Part shown: piece by piece, positions 1 to 8,968 of the stretch
Layout: every line of letters begins with the position of its first letter
Position numbering within the stretch: position 1 is the stretch's first letter
Assembly (NCBI GenBank): GCA_900553395.1
Contig: USDJ01000008.1
Coordinates: 2,689-66,688 of the forward strand
DNA length: 64,000 nt
Origin: an uncultured Mycoplasmatota bacterium
GTDB lineage: Bacteria; Bacillota_I; Bacilli_A; RF39; UBA660
Direction of reading: 5' to 3'
The notes under the pieces: model-generated
The model's database searches: none
The model's input: only the letters and a program-made list of their open reading frames with translations
What the model was told of the DNA's origin: nothing
Translations under genes and position numbers: made by a program

Positions 1-425
1 TTAGTATCATGAGTAGCCAAAAGAATACTTTGTTTTGTAAGAATCTTACCAGTTTTACTACTACTACTATCCTTAATAGTTAACTTACTATTAAAACCAT
101 AATGGTAATTATTAACTGATTCATCATAATCAGACATTCCATATTCAAATTCAAGATTATATGTTCCTGTATCTAATGAACGACCATTCAAATCTAGAGT
201 AATGTCATTTATAACATAAAACTTTAGGTGGTTTGTTAAAGTAATATCTTTTGCCAGTTTAATTTCATTTATCTCAGAATCAAATCCTTTTGATGCATTA
301 ATTAGCTCTTCCTCATTCTCTACTGTGATTGTTTTTGCATTTACATTAGTTAGTCCAATGGTGAAAACTGCTACTAATGTAAATAATATCATAGTCAATT
401 TTTTGACTAATTTAGATTTGCTCAT
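1..425 (-). CDS. Secreted protein, N-terminal part (gene runs off the left edge of the window)
   Basis: ATG at 425-423 follows a GGAGGAAG RBS, and the frame stays open to position 1. The N-terminus MSKSKLVKKLTMILFTLVAVFTIGLTNVNA looks like a signal peptide. It is absent from the ORF track because there is no stop in the window. Confidence 0.6.
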   Translation of the reverse strand, partial: MSKSKLVKKLTMILFTLVAVFTIGLTNVNAKTITVENEEELINASKGFDSEINEIKLAKDITLTNHLKFYVINDITLDLNGRSLDTGTYNLEFEYGMSDYDESVNNYHYGFNSKLTIKDSSSSKTGKILTKQSILLATHDT

Positions 426-448
426 CAAATCTTCCTCCTTTCTATATA

Positions 449-515
449 ATTATACTATTTTTTCACTTTCTTTAATAGATGAAAAAAGTCATATTATTTT
501 TGTGAAAAATATGAC
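449..515 (-). promoter_or_regulatory. Promoter region with conserved 30-bp + 11-bp block (copy A) upstream of the secreted-protein gene 1..425
   Basis: On the minus strand: -10 TATAAT (449-454), then a 30-bp block at 460-489 identical to 2028-2057, and an 11-bp block at 505-515 identical to 2073-2083. Both blocks have the same 5-nt and 15-nt spacings as in copy B. Confidence 0.55.
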
Positions 516-543
516 TTTTGACACATTTTAAATATTTAATACC

Positions 544-768
544 TTAATTTACTACGGCTACACAATAAACTTCTAATTTTTGCCCTCCAACAGTAGTTGC
601 AGTAATAGTAGCAGATGAATTGGTAGGAGCATTTACTTTTCCAATACAAGTAGTATCATTTGTTGTAACACTTTCTGAAATAGTTCCACTTATAGACCAT
701 TTAACACTTTGATTTGATTTAACAGTAAAATCATTAGAGCCAGTATTAAAATATCTATTTTTATCATT
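544..768 (-). pseudogene. Start-less Ig-like (Big_2-like) domain fragment
   Basis: A 74-codon open frame (NDKNRYFNTGSNDFTVKSNQSVKWSISG...ATITATTVGGQKLEVYCVAVVN*) with no ATG/GTG/TTG start. It is bounded upstream by an in-frame TAA (769-771). A hydrophobic MIKIDILILALMILLL leader lies in another frame. Confidence 0.3.
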
Positions 769-809
769 TTAATTATTTTTACTCTTTTTTACTGAATACT
801 TTCTTAATA

Positions 810-1997
810 TTAATTAACAACCATCTTTATATCAACAAAGAATTTTTGTTCTGCTTTTGTTTTTGCGTGTAATCTTACATCACCACTAACTCTACTAATA
901 GCACCCGTTGATGCTACAATAGTATCAAAAGAATAACCACCTTTTACAGATGTTGATGTTTTACTTATAAAATCTTTATATGTATATTCATAGCTTACTG
1001 ATGAAGTTAAAGTTACATCCCAAGTTACATTTTGATTTGCAGTTACATAATAACCATTACTATCTCCATAAAAAGAAGCATATTTACTATAAGACTCTCC
1101 TTTTGATGTTAATTCTAAGTCTTTTTCATAATAAATTGTTTGCTCAGCAGTAGTTCCACTTGGTGTTTTTGCATAAACTTTAATCGCTGCACCTTTTGAA
1201 CATGCACCATTATTTTTAGCTGTAATAACTCCAGTTTTAGCATCAATACCCATACATAATGTATTACTTAATGAGTATGTAACATCTCCTGTAGCATTTT
1301 CTACTTTTGCGCTCGCTTTTGCTGTTTTTATTCCATTATAATGAATTGTATCTCTTGATAAGCTTAATGTAATTTTTTCTGGTTTAACTTCAATCGTAGG
1401 TTCTTCTTTCTTCTCCTCTACTTTTTCCCATTTAGCATATAAAGTTGTATCTTCACTTAGTAATGCTTTATCATAAATTGGTCTATCATTAACATCAACC
1501 CAACCTTTAAAAGTATAACCTTTATAAGTAGGATCTTTTGGTAGTGTTAGTTCTGTTCCTTTATTTATAGTAATAGCATCAACATTTGATCCACCTTTAC
1601 TATCAAAAGTAACAGTAATAGTTTCAACCACTCCCTCATATACCGCTTTTAATTTGATATTTTTATTTATTTTAGTTTTAAAGTCATAAGGTTTATCTGC
1701 TAAAACATCTTTTCCATCTTTTTCTTCTAAAATTAAATACCAATCAATAAACTGTTCTCCTAAATCTTCTTTTGTTTTAACATCTTTACTATTAATGGTT
1801 TTATTGTATTTAACATATACTACTTCTTCTTTTGTACCATTATTATAATCAAATGTTACTTCAAATTTACGATTAAAGAACCATAATAAGAATAAAATAA
1901 CTATTAATAGTAATAGACCAGCTACTATTAAAATAATATTTCTTTTCTTATTGTTTTTAGAAGTTTTTTCTTCTTTTTCTTTACTTTTAGTAAACAT
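810..1997 (-). CDS. Membrane-anchored surface protein with Listeria-Bacteroides-type (Flg_new) repeats and an Ig-like segment
   Basis: Lys-rich N-terminus plus one TM helix (IILIVAGLLLLIVILFLLWFF). Repeats of the type TFD..GG......G......P.DP.YKGYTFKGW. AGGAGGAGATAGT RBS before the ATG. Confidence 0.7.
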   Translation of the reverse strand: MFTKSKEKEEKTSKNNKKRNIILIVAGLLLLIVILFLLWFFNRKFEVTFDYNNGTKEEVVYVKYNKTINSKDVKTKEDLGEQFIDWYLILEEKDGKDVLADKPYDFKTKINKNIKLKAVYEGVVETITVTFDSKGGSNVDAITINKGTELTLPKDPTYKGYTFKGWVDVNDRPIYDKALLSEDTTLYAKWEKVEEKKEEPTIEVKPEKITLSLSRDTIHYNGIKTAKASAKVENATGDVTYSLSNTLCMGIDAKTGVITAKNNGACSKGAAIKVYAKTPSGTTAEQTIYYEKDLELTSKGESYSKYASFYGDSNGYYVTANQNVTWDVTLTSSVSYEYTYKDFISKTSTSVKGGYSFDTIVASTGAISRVSGDVRLHAKTKAEQKFFVDIKMVVN

Positions 1998-2016
1998 ACT
2001 ATCTCCTCCTAATAAT

Positions 2017-2083
2017 ATTATATATTATTTTCACTTTCTTTAATAGATGAAAAAAGTAATACAAATTTAAGAAAAAATATGAC
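2017..2083 (-). promoter_or_regulatory. Promoter region with conserved 30-bp + 11-bp block (copy B) upstream of surface-protein gene 810..1997; divergent from the response-regulator gene
   Basis: Minus-strand TATAAT at 2017-2022, 30-bp block at 2028-2057 and 11-bp block at 2073-2083. Blocks are identical to copy A with identical spacing. Confidence 0.55.
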
Positions 2084-2176
2084 AAAAGTAATAGTCTTTC
2101 TATTAAACTCATTGTTTTATATATGAAAAAATCAACTTTGATGATATAATATTTATATATTCTTGAGGTGAATATT

Positions 2177-2806
2177 ATGGTAAATAAGAAGAAAATAATG
2201 ATTATTGAAGATCAAGCACTACTTAACAATATGTTAAAGAATACTTTATCAAATGATTATGATATTGTCTGTACATGTACTAGTGCTAAAGATATGATGA
2301 ATTTATATAAAAAATATAAACCTGATTTAATATTAACTGATGTAGTTACTAAAGAAGGTGCTAATGGTATAGAATATGCCAAAGAAGTAAAAGATAAATA
2401 TCATAACAAAGTAAAAATACTTGCTATTACTGGTGTACCAGAAATTACTTTTTTAAATACTGCTAAAGAATATAATTTAGATGGACTAATATATAAAGAC
2501 ACAGATAGTGAATCATTACTTTTTAGTATCAGTCAAGTTCTAAAAGGATATACTCTATTTCCAGATAATTGTATGTATAGTGAAGAAAGCGAAAAATTTA
2601 AAGAGCTTTCAGATAAAGAAATTAAAATAATAAGATGTATATGTGAAGCTAAAGATAGAGATGAAATTGCCGAAGAATTAAATATAACCTCAGGTACTTT
2701 AAAAAATTATATTTCAAATATTCTTACTAAACTAGGTTTTGATAATATAACTAAACTTACTATATTTTGTTTAAGTAACGGATATATTGTTCCTAATCAA
2801 AAATAA
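2177..2806 (+). CDS. Response regulator, REC + LuxR/NarL-type HTH
   Basis: REC pattern (IMIIEDQ...DLILTDV...) and a C-terminal LuxR HTH (LSDKEIKIIRCICEAKDRDEIAEELNITSGTLKNYISNILTKLG). The ATG at 2177 has a GAGGTG RBS 7 nt upstream, so it is preferred over the GTG at 2168. Confidence 0.85.
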   Translation: MVNKKKIMIIEDQALLNNMLKNTLSNDYDIVCTCTSAKDMMNLYKKYKPDLILTDVVTKEGANGIEYAKEVKDKYHNKVKILAITGVPEITFLNTAKEYNLDGLIYKDTDSESLLFSISQVLKGYTLFPDNCMYSEESEKFKELSDKEIKIIRCICEAKDRDEIAEELNITSGTLKNYISNILTKLGFDNITKLTIFCLSNGYIVPNQK

Positions 2807-2846
2807 AGAAGAAATATTTTGTAAAATTTATTTCTTCTTTTTTATG
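2805..2846. terminator. Bidirectional rho-independent terminator between convergent regulator and kinase genes
   Basis: Hairpin AAGAAGAAATA...TATTTCTTCTT with A-run and T-run flanks. Confidence 0.6.
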
Positions 2847-3957
2847 CTTTTATTATTAATTTAAAATTATCATCAGTTATAACTTTTAAACTACCATTTA
2901 TATTAGATAATTTTTTACGCATTCCTTTAAGTCCTTCATTTTCAAATATAACACTTTTTGGTTTATTACCATCATTTGTTATAACCATTTCTATATAATT
3001 ATCACGAGCAGTTATAACTACTTTAATATTTTTACTATTAGCGTGAATAATAGCATTAGTAATAGCTTCTCTTATTATTTCAAAAAATACTATACCTTTT
3101 TCTTCATCTATAGGTAAAGCACCAAAAACTTTAACATTTATTCCTATAATACTATACATATTTATCAAGTTTTTTAATTTTTCATTGCTATCTAATTTTG
3201 AATTAAAATCTTCATAAATACTATCTAATAATTTTAATATGTTATTTATATCCTTATTTTCTTGTTCTAAATATTTATCAAACAAAGCAAGTCTATACCC
3301 TATTATATCGTGATATTCATTTTTAAGTTTTAATAAGTTCTTTTCTCTTTCTAATTCCTCAACATTTTTAATAGCAAGTAATAATTTATCATTATTTTCT
3401 TTAATTTGTTTATTTTGTTTCTTTTCTTCTTCTTGTAAAGAATATAACTCTGTTATATCTATTAAAGATACTTCTTTATTATCATATATATTTAACATAT
3501 ATACTTTATCATTATGCTTTAGTAGATAATTATTATTTACTTTCTTAAAACTTCTCTTTATTAGATTGTTTATAAAGTCTTCAGTAATATTTAGTCCTTT
3601 TAAAATATCAGAAAATAAATTATTTATTAAAATAATATTATTATCATCTAAAAACATTATTCCAGTATCAGATGCATCAATACCTTTTTTAACAGATAAA
3701 ACTGATATATATTCATTTTTACATAATTTTTCATATATAAAACTAATCAAAATATAAATTGATAATAACAAAGATAAATACATAGTTATTTTAGAAATAT
3801 CAAGTAAATTAAAATACTCTAATATAACCATAACTATTAATATTAATAATTCAAATATTTTTTTAATACTTGATGCATCTTTTCTTAAAAAATTACTAGA
3901 TACTCTAGCAACTTGTATTAATGTAATTATAATGGTAATTATAAGTAATAATTTCAT
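2842..3957 (-). CDS. Sensor histidine kinase, NarL-class (HisKA_3-type H-box)
   Basis: N-terminal TM helices, H-box EYHDIIGYRLAL, N-box EAITNAIIHA, G-region ITNDGN...EGLKGMRKKL. Confidence 0.8.
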   Translation of the reverse strand: MKLLLIITIIITLIQVARVSSNFLRKDASSIKKIFELLILIVMVILEYFNLLDISKITMYLSLLLSIYILISFIYEKLCKNEYISVLSVKKGIDASDTGIMFLDDNNIILINNLFSDILKGLNITEDFINNLIKRSFKKVNNNYLLKHNDKVYMLNIYDNKEVSLIDITELYSLQEEEKKQNKQIKENNDKLLLAIKNVEELEREKNLLKLKNEYHDIIGYRLALFDKYLEQENKDINNILKLLDSIYEDFNSKLDSNEKLKNLINMYSIIGINVKVFGALPIDEEKGIVFFEIIREAITNAIIHANSKNIKVVITARDNYIEMVITNDGNKPKSVIFENEGLKGMRKKLSNINGSLKVITDDNFKLIIKA

Positions 3958-5477
3958 TTTATAACACCACCTTTTATAACAAATTCTAGTTTTGTATCTG
4001 TATCATATACTTTTTCTTTTACCAAAACACTAGAATCTATTTTTATTTTATTCTTTAAAGATTTATCAGTATCTACAATAGCTTTTAGTTTAACATTCTT
4101 ATTTTCTTTAGAAATAAATAATACAATAGATTTATCATTACTACTTTCTATAAGTTCATATACAATATCATATAATAAAGACATTGTATTACCGTTTATT
4201 ATCATCTTATTATTAATACTAATAAAACTCTTTATATTAGCACTCTTCATACTATTTAATAATTCATCTAATAATGCTTTAATTCCATTTTCATTATAAG
4301 AATCTCCATTAATTTCAGATATTATTAACATACTTTTCTTTTTACTATATATAATTATTCTTTTAACTTTTTCAAAATCTTTTGTGGATACATCTTTCTT
4401 TTTTAATATCTTTTTAATCTCATTTCTTTTTTCAGTTAGTTTTAATTCAACTTTATCTATAACATCTTTTCTTATCTGCATTTCATATAATTCTTTTTTA
4501 GTTTTTTCTTCTAATCTTATACTTTCTTGTTGTTCAAGTAATTCTTTCTTTTGTTCATTTATTTCTTTTTCAAGTTCAAGAATACTAGATAAATCTTTTT
4601 TTAAGATAACATAACTATCTTTGTTCTTTTTTATATCATAAATAATATTTTTATTTTTATATGTTTCTTTTACACTATTATTATTTATATCATCTAATAA
4701 TTTTTTAGGAATATTATCAAACACATTCGTAGTATATTTAGTTTTACCATCCAATGAAATAATAGCCATATTTAAATTAGAATTAGAAAATCTACTTTTG
4801 TATTTACTATTATTAGGAATTAGATTTAGATAAAAAGCAAGTTCAATGCCTACACAAATTAATGCACTATTAACAATGGACATATTTATACCTCTTACAT
4901 AAGGAACATTTAACACATAAAGAATTGTGTATGTAAGACCTAGTAATATTACTATAAATGGTAAAAATCCTTTTATATCTTTTTTTATTTTCATTCTATA
5001 AATCGCTAAATCTATTAAACTTTTGCTAAATAAATAAAATATCCAAATAGATATTAAATAATATCCTATAAAATGTTTATAATCATCAAATAAAACTATT
5101 CCTTTAACAAATTTAAATACTAATTCGTGAAAATCATTAGTTAAAACAAGGAGTAATAAAAAGCACGAAATTGAATATATAATTTTTTTCTTTGTTTTAT
5201 TCATTTTACCTAATAATGATAATGAACTAATATAATATAGTGTTGGAATAAAGATTAGTGGCAAATAATACAGATACCAACACATTCTTTCTGTTAGTGG
5301 AGAAACTGCAATTCCTTTTATAATTCTTATTAACATCCAAAATACAATAAGTAATCCAATAAGCAAAATATATCTTCTTGTCTTCTTATCATACAGTTTA
5401 TAATAAAGTCTTATTGTCCAAATAGTGAACAATATAGCAAATAAAAATGTAATAAACTTATTCATAGTATTATCCAC
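3954..5477 (-). CDS. Multi-pass membrane sensor-like protein (7TM-type N-terminus, coiled coil, C-terminal module lacking kinase motifs)
   Basis: At least six hydrophobic helices in residues 1-230. Coiled coil EKEINEQKKELLEQQESIRLEEKTKKELYEMQ. No H-, N- or G-box seen. Its TGA overlaps the kinase ATG (ATGA at 3954-3957). Confidence 0.6.
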   Translation of the reverse strand: MDNTMNKFITFLFAILFTIWTIRLYYKLYDKKTRRYILLIGLLIVFWMLIRIIKGIAVSPLTERMCWYLYYLPLIFIPTLYYISSLSLLGKMNKTKKKIIYSISCFLLLLVLTNDFHELVFKFVKGIVLFDDYKHFIGYYLISIWIFYLFSKSLIDLAIYRMKIKKDIKGFLPFIVILLGLTYTILYVLNVPYVRGINMSIVNSALICVGIELAFYLNLIPNNSKYKSRFSNSNLNMAIISLDGKTKYTTNVFDNIPKKLLDDINNNSVKETYKNKNIIYDIKKNKDSYVILKKDLSSILELEKEINEQKKELLEQQESIRLEEKTKKELYEMQIRKDVIDKVELKLTEKRNEIKKILKKKDVSTKDFEKVKRIIIYSKKKSMLIISEINGDSYNENGIKALLDELLNSMKSANIKSFISINNKMIINGNTMSLLYDIVYELIESSNDKSIVLFISKENKNVKLKAIVDTDKSLKNKIKIDSSVLVKEKVYDTDTKLEFVIKGGVIK

Positions 5478-5614
5478 CTCTTTTCTTAAAAAAATAAGTA
5501 ATAGCTAATACTATTATAATATATTTTACAAAATATTTAAATAATCTTATCAGTTTTTAGGTAAAGCAATGACTTTTAACTATAATTTTGTTAGAATATA
5601 TTTCGTGATAAATA

Positions 5615-6106
5615 GTGAATAAAAAAACTAAAATTATACTATCAATAACTATAATCATTTCTTTATTACTACTAATTTATTCTATTGTAAATATAGTTAT
5701 TTGGAAAAACGATTCTAATAAAACTAATAAACAAATTGAAGATATACAAGAAGAAATTAAAGTTACTGAAGTAGTTGATACAGAAAATACAGAAATAATA
5801 GAACCAGAAGAAGAAATACCAAAATCTAATCCATATTGGGATTATATAAAAATGAATATGATAGATATTAACTTTAATGAATTAAAAAGCATCAATAATG
5901 ATGTTAAAGATTGGATTAAAGTAAATGGTACTAATATAAATTATCCTTTCGTGCAATCTAACAATAATAAATATTATTTAACACATAGTTTTGATAAATC
6001 TTATAATTCAGCTGGTTGGTTATTTCTATATTATAGAAATAATATAAATAATAATAAAATTCTAAATCATCATATAACTCTATTACCTTGGCATCTTTGT
6101 TGGTAG
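5615..6106 (+). pseudogene. Class B sortase gene, truncated at about the catalytic-His region
   Basis: TM anchor, then WIKVNGTNINYPFVQSNNNKYYLTHSFDKSYNSAGWLFLYYRN, which matches the SrtB N-terminal half. Similarity is lost at ...KILNHH, and the TLxTC Cys and the Arg are absent. Confidence 0.6.
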
Positions 6107-6301
6107 TTAATTTTTTATAATTACTAGTGTTAATATCATAAGAACGATTGTTTATTTTTCTACTATTCTTTACATGATTTGAAGTATAGTTCAAACATCC
6201 TTTTGGCTGCTCCAAATTAAGCTCTGGGTGGTATATATTACCATCATAGGCAAAATCATTGGTAGTATAGACTTCCATAATATCTAATGACTTAATACCA
6301 T

Positions 6302-6521
6302 TTAAGGGGTAATTAAAGAACTTAAAAATGTTCTTGTAGTAACACCAAGATTACAAGAATTCTCTACTACTTCAAGATATGTTTCTGCTCCGTGTCCCCC
6401 GTGCTTCCAACAGTGAAGAGTCGCTCCTCCTACTGTCACAGCGCCACTATCAAAATAAGTATCATTATTTAAATCAACTATTTTTTCTTCTAGTGAAGCG
6501 GCTAAAGTTATTATTTTGAAA
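6302..6521 (-). pseudogene. PBP transpeptidase-domain fragment (continuation of 12274..13151 after the SxxK serine), itself truncated after ~73 codons
   Basis: Minus-strand translation is (T)FKIITLAASLEEKIVDLNNDTYFDSGAVTVGGATLHCWKHGGHGAETYLEVVENSCNLG.... This matches the region following STFK in SpoVD/FtsI-type PBPs. The frame then ends at the TAA at 6302-6304. Confidence 0.7.
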
Positions 6522-6534
6522 GTAACCCCCGAAA
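6516..6534. other. Left att junction (PBP 3' flank / element arm)
   Basis: + strand TTATTTTGAAAGTAACCCCCGAAAACG (6511-6537). Confidence 0.7.
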
Positions 6535-6552
6535 ACGATAACTAAACAAAAT

Positions 6553-6595
6553 AAAAAAAGACTAGATTACCATATAAATATATGATAGCCTAGTC
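6553..6595 (-). terminator. Rho-independent terminator after the recombinase gene
   Basis: Minus strand: GACTAG...CATATA-TT-TATATG...CTAGTC hairpin followed by TTTTTTT. It overlaps the TAG stop. Confidence 0.55.
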
Positions 6596-8320
6596 AATGT
6601 CGTAACTTAAATATACATTAATTTTAAAACTATTTCTTTGAAAATCAGATCTTCCTAGATCTAATGTTTCAATATCTTTACTAAATATAGGTAGTGATTT
6701 ATCATCATCTATGTGCCTAGCACCTTTTCCAGTAGGAATTGGTTTTTTCAATAAATTCAGATAAATTTTTAGCATTAATTTATGTCTATCATTGTCCTCC
6801 TTATAGACTATAATTTTCTCCAAAAACTTATCTACAAATTCACTAACATTATTTTTATAATCAACTTGCTTTTTAATAGCATCTTCAATAATATTGATAT
6901 TACCAAAACTATCAGACATAATCTTTCTTTCTTGTTCTATTTTTCCAATTCTTATATTTAAAGATGATATATCTTCATTATATTTATCATTTCTTTCTTT
7001 AAATTCTAGGTTATTAATACTACCATCAATATTCAATTCTAATAACTTTTCTTTTTTTGTTTCAATAGTTTTGATTTCATTTTTTAATTTTGAAATTTCA
7101 AATTGATAATTGTTATCTATTTTTAAATTAGAATAATAATCTAACATTTCTTTTATAATTTCATTTTTATTATTAAATACTTGTTCCATAATAATTACAA
7201 AAATATTATTCAAGTCCATTTCTGCAATTATTGGACTTTCACAAGCATCTAGTCTATATTTTACATAATTACCACAAGCCCATCTAGGCTTCGTTTGTTT
7301 TCTTTTACTTGACATTCTCTGGTAAGAAACATTATGTTCACTACAAAATATTTTTGTAGTATAACAATATTTTCTTTCGGCTCTTTTGGCATTACCATTA
7401 CTTGCTTTCATTAGTGTACTTCTGCTATCTAATATCTCGTTTGCACGATTCCATAATTCTTCACTAACTATGGCTGGTATTGATTCATCTTTATATATTA
7501 CTTGTTCTTCTATTGGTATATAAACTCTTTGTTTAGTTCTATAATCAATAATTTCAGTAGTATGTCCACGATAAAAACCTTTATATTTAGGATTCTGTAT
7601 AATTCTCTTTAATGTATCCTTATCATAAATATTTCCTTTATAATTATTTATACCTTGCCTGTGTAATTCCATTGCTAATTTATAAAAACCATATTTACCA
7701 GTAGCATATAATTCAAAAATTTTTCTTATTTTTTTGGCTTCTTCTTCTACAATCACTAATTTAGCATCATCTTTTTTATAACCAGTAATTATATTAGAAC
7801 CTAAAACTCTACCTTTTTTTATTGCTTCTTTGTGTCCCCATTTAACACGAGAAGAAAGTCTTTTGACTTCTTCTTGAGCAACACTTCCCATCATATTAAG
7901 TATAAATTCAGAGTTAGGATCATAAGTATTTATTCCATTTGATTGAAAATATACACCAACATCATTAGCAAGTAATTCTTGTGTATATTTGATACTATCA
8001 GATAAATTTCTAGAAAATCTAGAAACTTCTTTTGTAACTATTAAATCAAAATAGCCAGATTTAGCATCATCAATCATTTGTAAAAATTTTTTTCTTCGTT
8101 TAACAGTGCTACCACTAATGCCTTCATCTATGTAACCATTAATATAAGTCCAATTTCTATTTGACTTTATAAAGTTTTCAAAAAAAGATATTTGGTTATC
8201 TAAAGAGTTCAATTGTTCATCGCTTTCAGTAGAGACACGAGCATAAAAAGTAACTCTTAAAGGCAGATCGGCAATGTTTTTGCCTTTTAAGATTTCTTCT
8301 CTGACTTTATAGAATCTCAT
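6590..8320 (-). CDS. Large serine recombinase (integrase)
   Basis: N-terminal resolvase catalytic domain (VTFYARVSTESDEQLNSLDNQ), recombinase domain, Cys-containing zinc-ribbon-like segment (CSEHN...WACGNY...C) and a long C-terminal coiled coil. GGAGGTAGATT RBS. Confidence 0.9.
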   Translation of the reverse strand: MRFYKVREEILKGKNIADLPLRVTFYARVSTESDEQLNSLDNQISFFENFIKSNRNWTYINGYIDEGISGSTVKRRKKFLQMIDDAKSGYFDLIVTKEVSRFSRNLSDSIKYTQELLANDVGVYFQSNGINTYDPNSEFILNMMGSVAQEEVKRLSSRVKWGHKEAIKKGRVLGSNIITGYKKDDAKLVIVEEEAKKIRKIFELYATGKYGFYKLAMELHRQGINNYKGNIYDKDTLKRIIQNPKYKGFYRGHTTEIIDYRTKQRVYIPIEEQVIYKDESIPAIVSEELWNRANEILDSRSTLMKASNGNAKRAERKYCYTTKIFCSEHNVSYQRMSSKRKQTKPRWACGNYVKYRLDACESPIIAEMDLNNIFVIIMEQVFNNKNEIIKEMLDYYSNLKIDNNYQFEISKLKNEIKTIETKKEKLLELNIDGSINNLEFKERNDKYNEDISSLNIRIGKIEQERKIMSDSFGNINIIEDAIKKQVDYKNNVSEFVDKFLEKIIVYKEDNDRHKLMLKIYLNLLKKPIPTGKGARHIDDDKSLPIFSKDIETLDLGRSDFQRNSFKINVYLSYDID

Positions 8321-8331
8321 AATCTACCTCC

Positions 8332-8490
8332 TTAGCATTTTTTTACCTCTTTACTATAATGATTGATTTTCTCATGAATAATTTTACAAACTTCTTCATA
8401 TTGTTGTTTAGTAATGATACCTTTATCATATATTTTTTTGTTAATTATTAATTCATATTCGAGGACAACTATTCTTGGAGTTTCAAACAT
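8332..8490 (-). CDS. Small 52-aa protein co-transcribed with the recombinase (candidate accessory/directionality factor)
   Basis: Not in the ORF track. GGAGGTG RBS 8 nt before the ATG. Product: MFETPRIVVLEYELIINKKIYDKGIITKQQYEEVCKIIHEKINHYSKEVKKC. Its stop lies 11 nt before the recombinase ATG. Confidence 0.55.
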   Translation of the reverse strand: MFETPRIVVLEYELIINKKIYDKGIITKQQYEEVCKIIHEKINHYSKEVKKC

Positions 8491-8575
8491 ATAAAAACAC
8501 CTCCACTAATGGAAGTGTATGGTTTCTAGATAAGTTTGATTACTAATTGTATTTTATTTGACATTTTTTCCATAT

Positions 8576-8962
8576 TTAAAAATATGTTTCTCTTAATTTC
8601 TTCGACATTTCTTCATCATCAACTGAATGTATTGAATGATTCCCTAATTTGCAAAAATCTCTTACTTCTTGTTTAATTTCTCTTACTTTATTTTCTGTTG
8701 AAAAAACATAAAAAAATTTTACAAAATCGATTTTACTATCAAAGCAAGAATTCATCTTATATTTTATTCCTTCCCAATCATTACTGGCATTGCCTATCCA
8801 TGATTCTCCTTGATATAAAGTATATATTAATTTAAATTTTTCTTGTTTATCTAATTTCGTTTGTTTTTCATCAATAATAATTAAATTATCTTTTATTATA
8901 TTTTCTATAAAACTCCAATTATTAAAACTAACCGGAAATAAAACTAACATATAATGTTGCAT
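8576..8962 (-). CDS. Cargo gene 5: hypothetical protein, possibly nucleoside-diphosphate-kinase-like fold
   Basis: By-eye colinearity with NDK: YMLVLFP ~ TLVLIKP, and GNHSIHSVDDEEMSKKLRETYF ~ GRNVIHGSDSVESAEREIALFF (His retained). This is weak evidence. Confidence 0.3.
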   Translation of the reverse strand: MQHYMLVLFPVSFNNWSFIENIIKDNLIIIDEKQTKLDKQEKFKLIYTLYQGESWIGNASNDWEGIKYKMNSCFDSKIDFVKFFYVFSTENKVREIKQEVRDFCKLGNHSIHSVDDEEMSKKLRETYF

Positions 8963-8968
8963 ATTTTA

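Noticed and set aside
325-531. 68-aa + strand ORF.
   Set aside because: It is antisense to the 5' end, RBS and promoter of the secreted-protein gene 1..425. Its composition is low-complexity, and it starts at GTG without an RBS.
3566-4614. Small + strand ORFs (63 and 76 aa) inside the kinase and sensor genes.
   Set aside because: They are antisense to well-supported minus-strand genes, are low-complexity S/F/I-rich, and have no RBS.
5958-6278. 106-aa minus-strand ORF in the track.
   Set aside because: Its 3' half is simply the antisense of the sortase fragment (Y/N/I-rich low complexity). I saw no RBS. It spans the deletion-scar region and is probably not a gene.
6385-6450. Local GC spike (~55% over ~65 nt) inside the PBP 3' fragment, possibly foreign DNA.
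   Set aside because: It coincides with a Gly/Ala/His/Trp-rich conserved motif (GAVTVGGATLHCWKHGGHGAE). Similar spikes occur in Gly-rich parts of uvrA, so this is not sufficient evidence of foreign origin.
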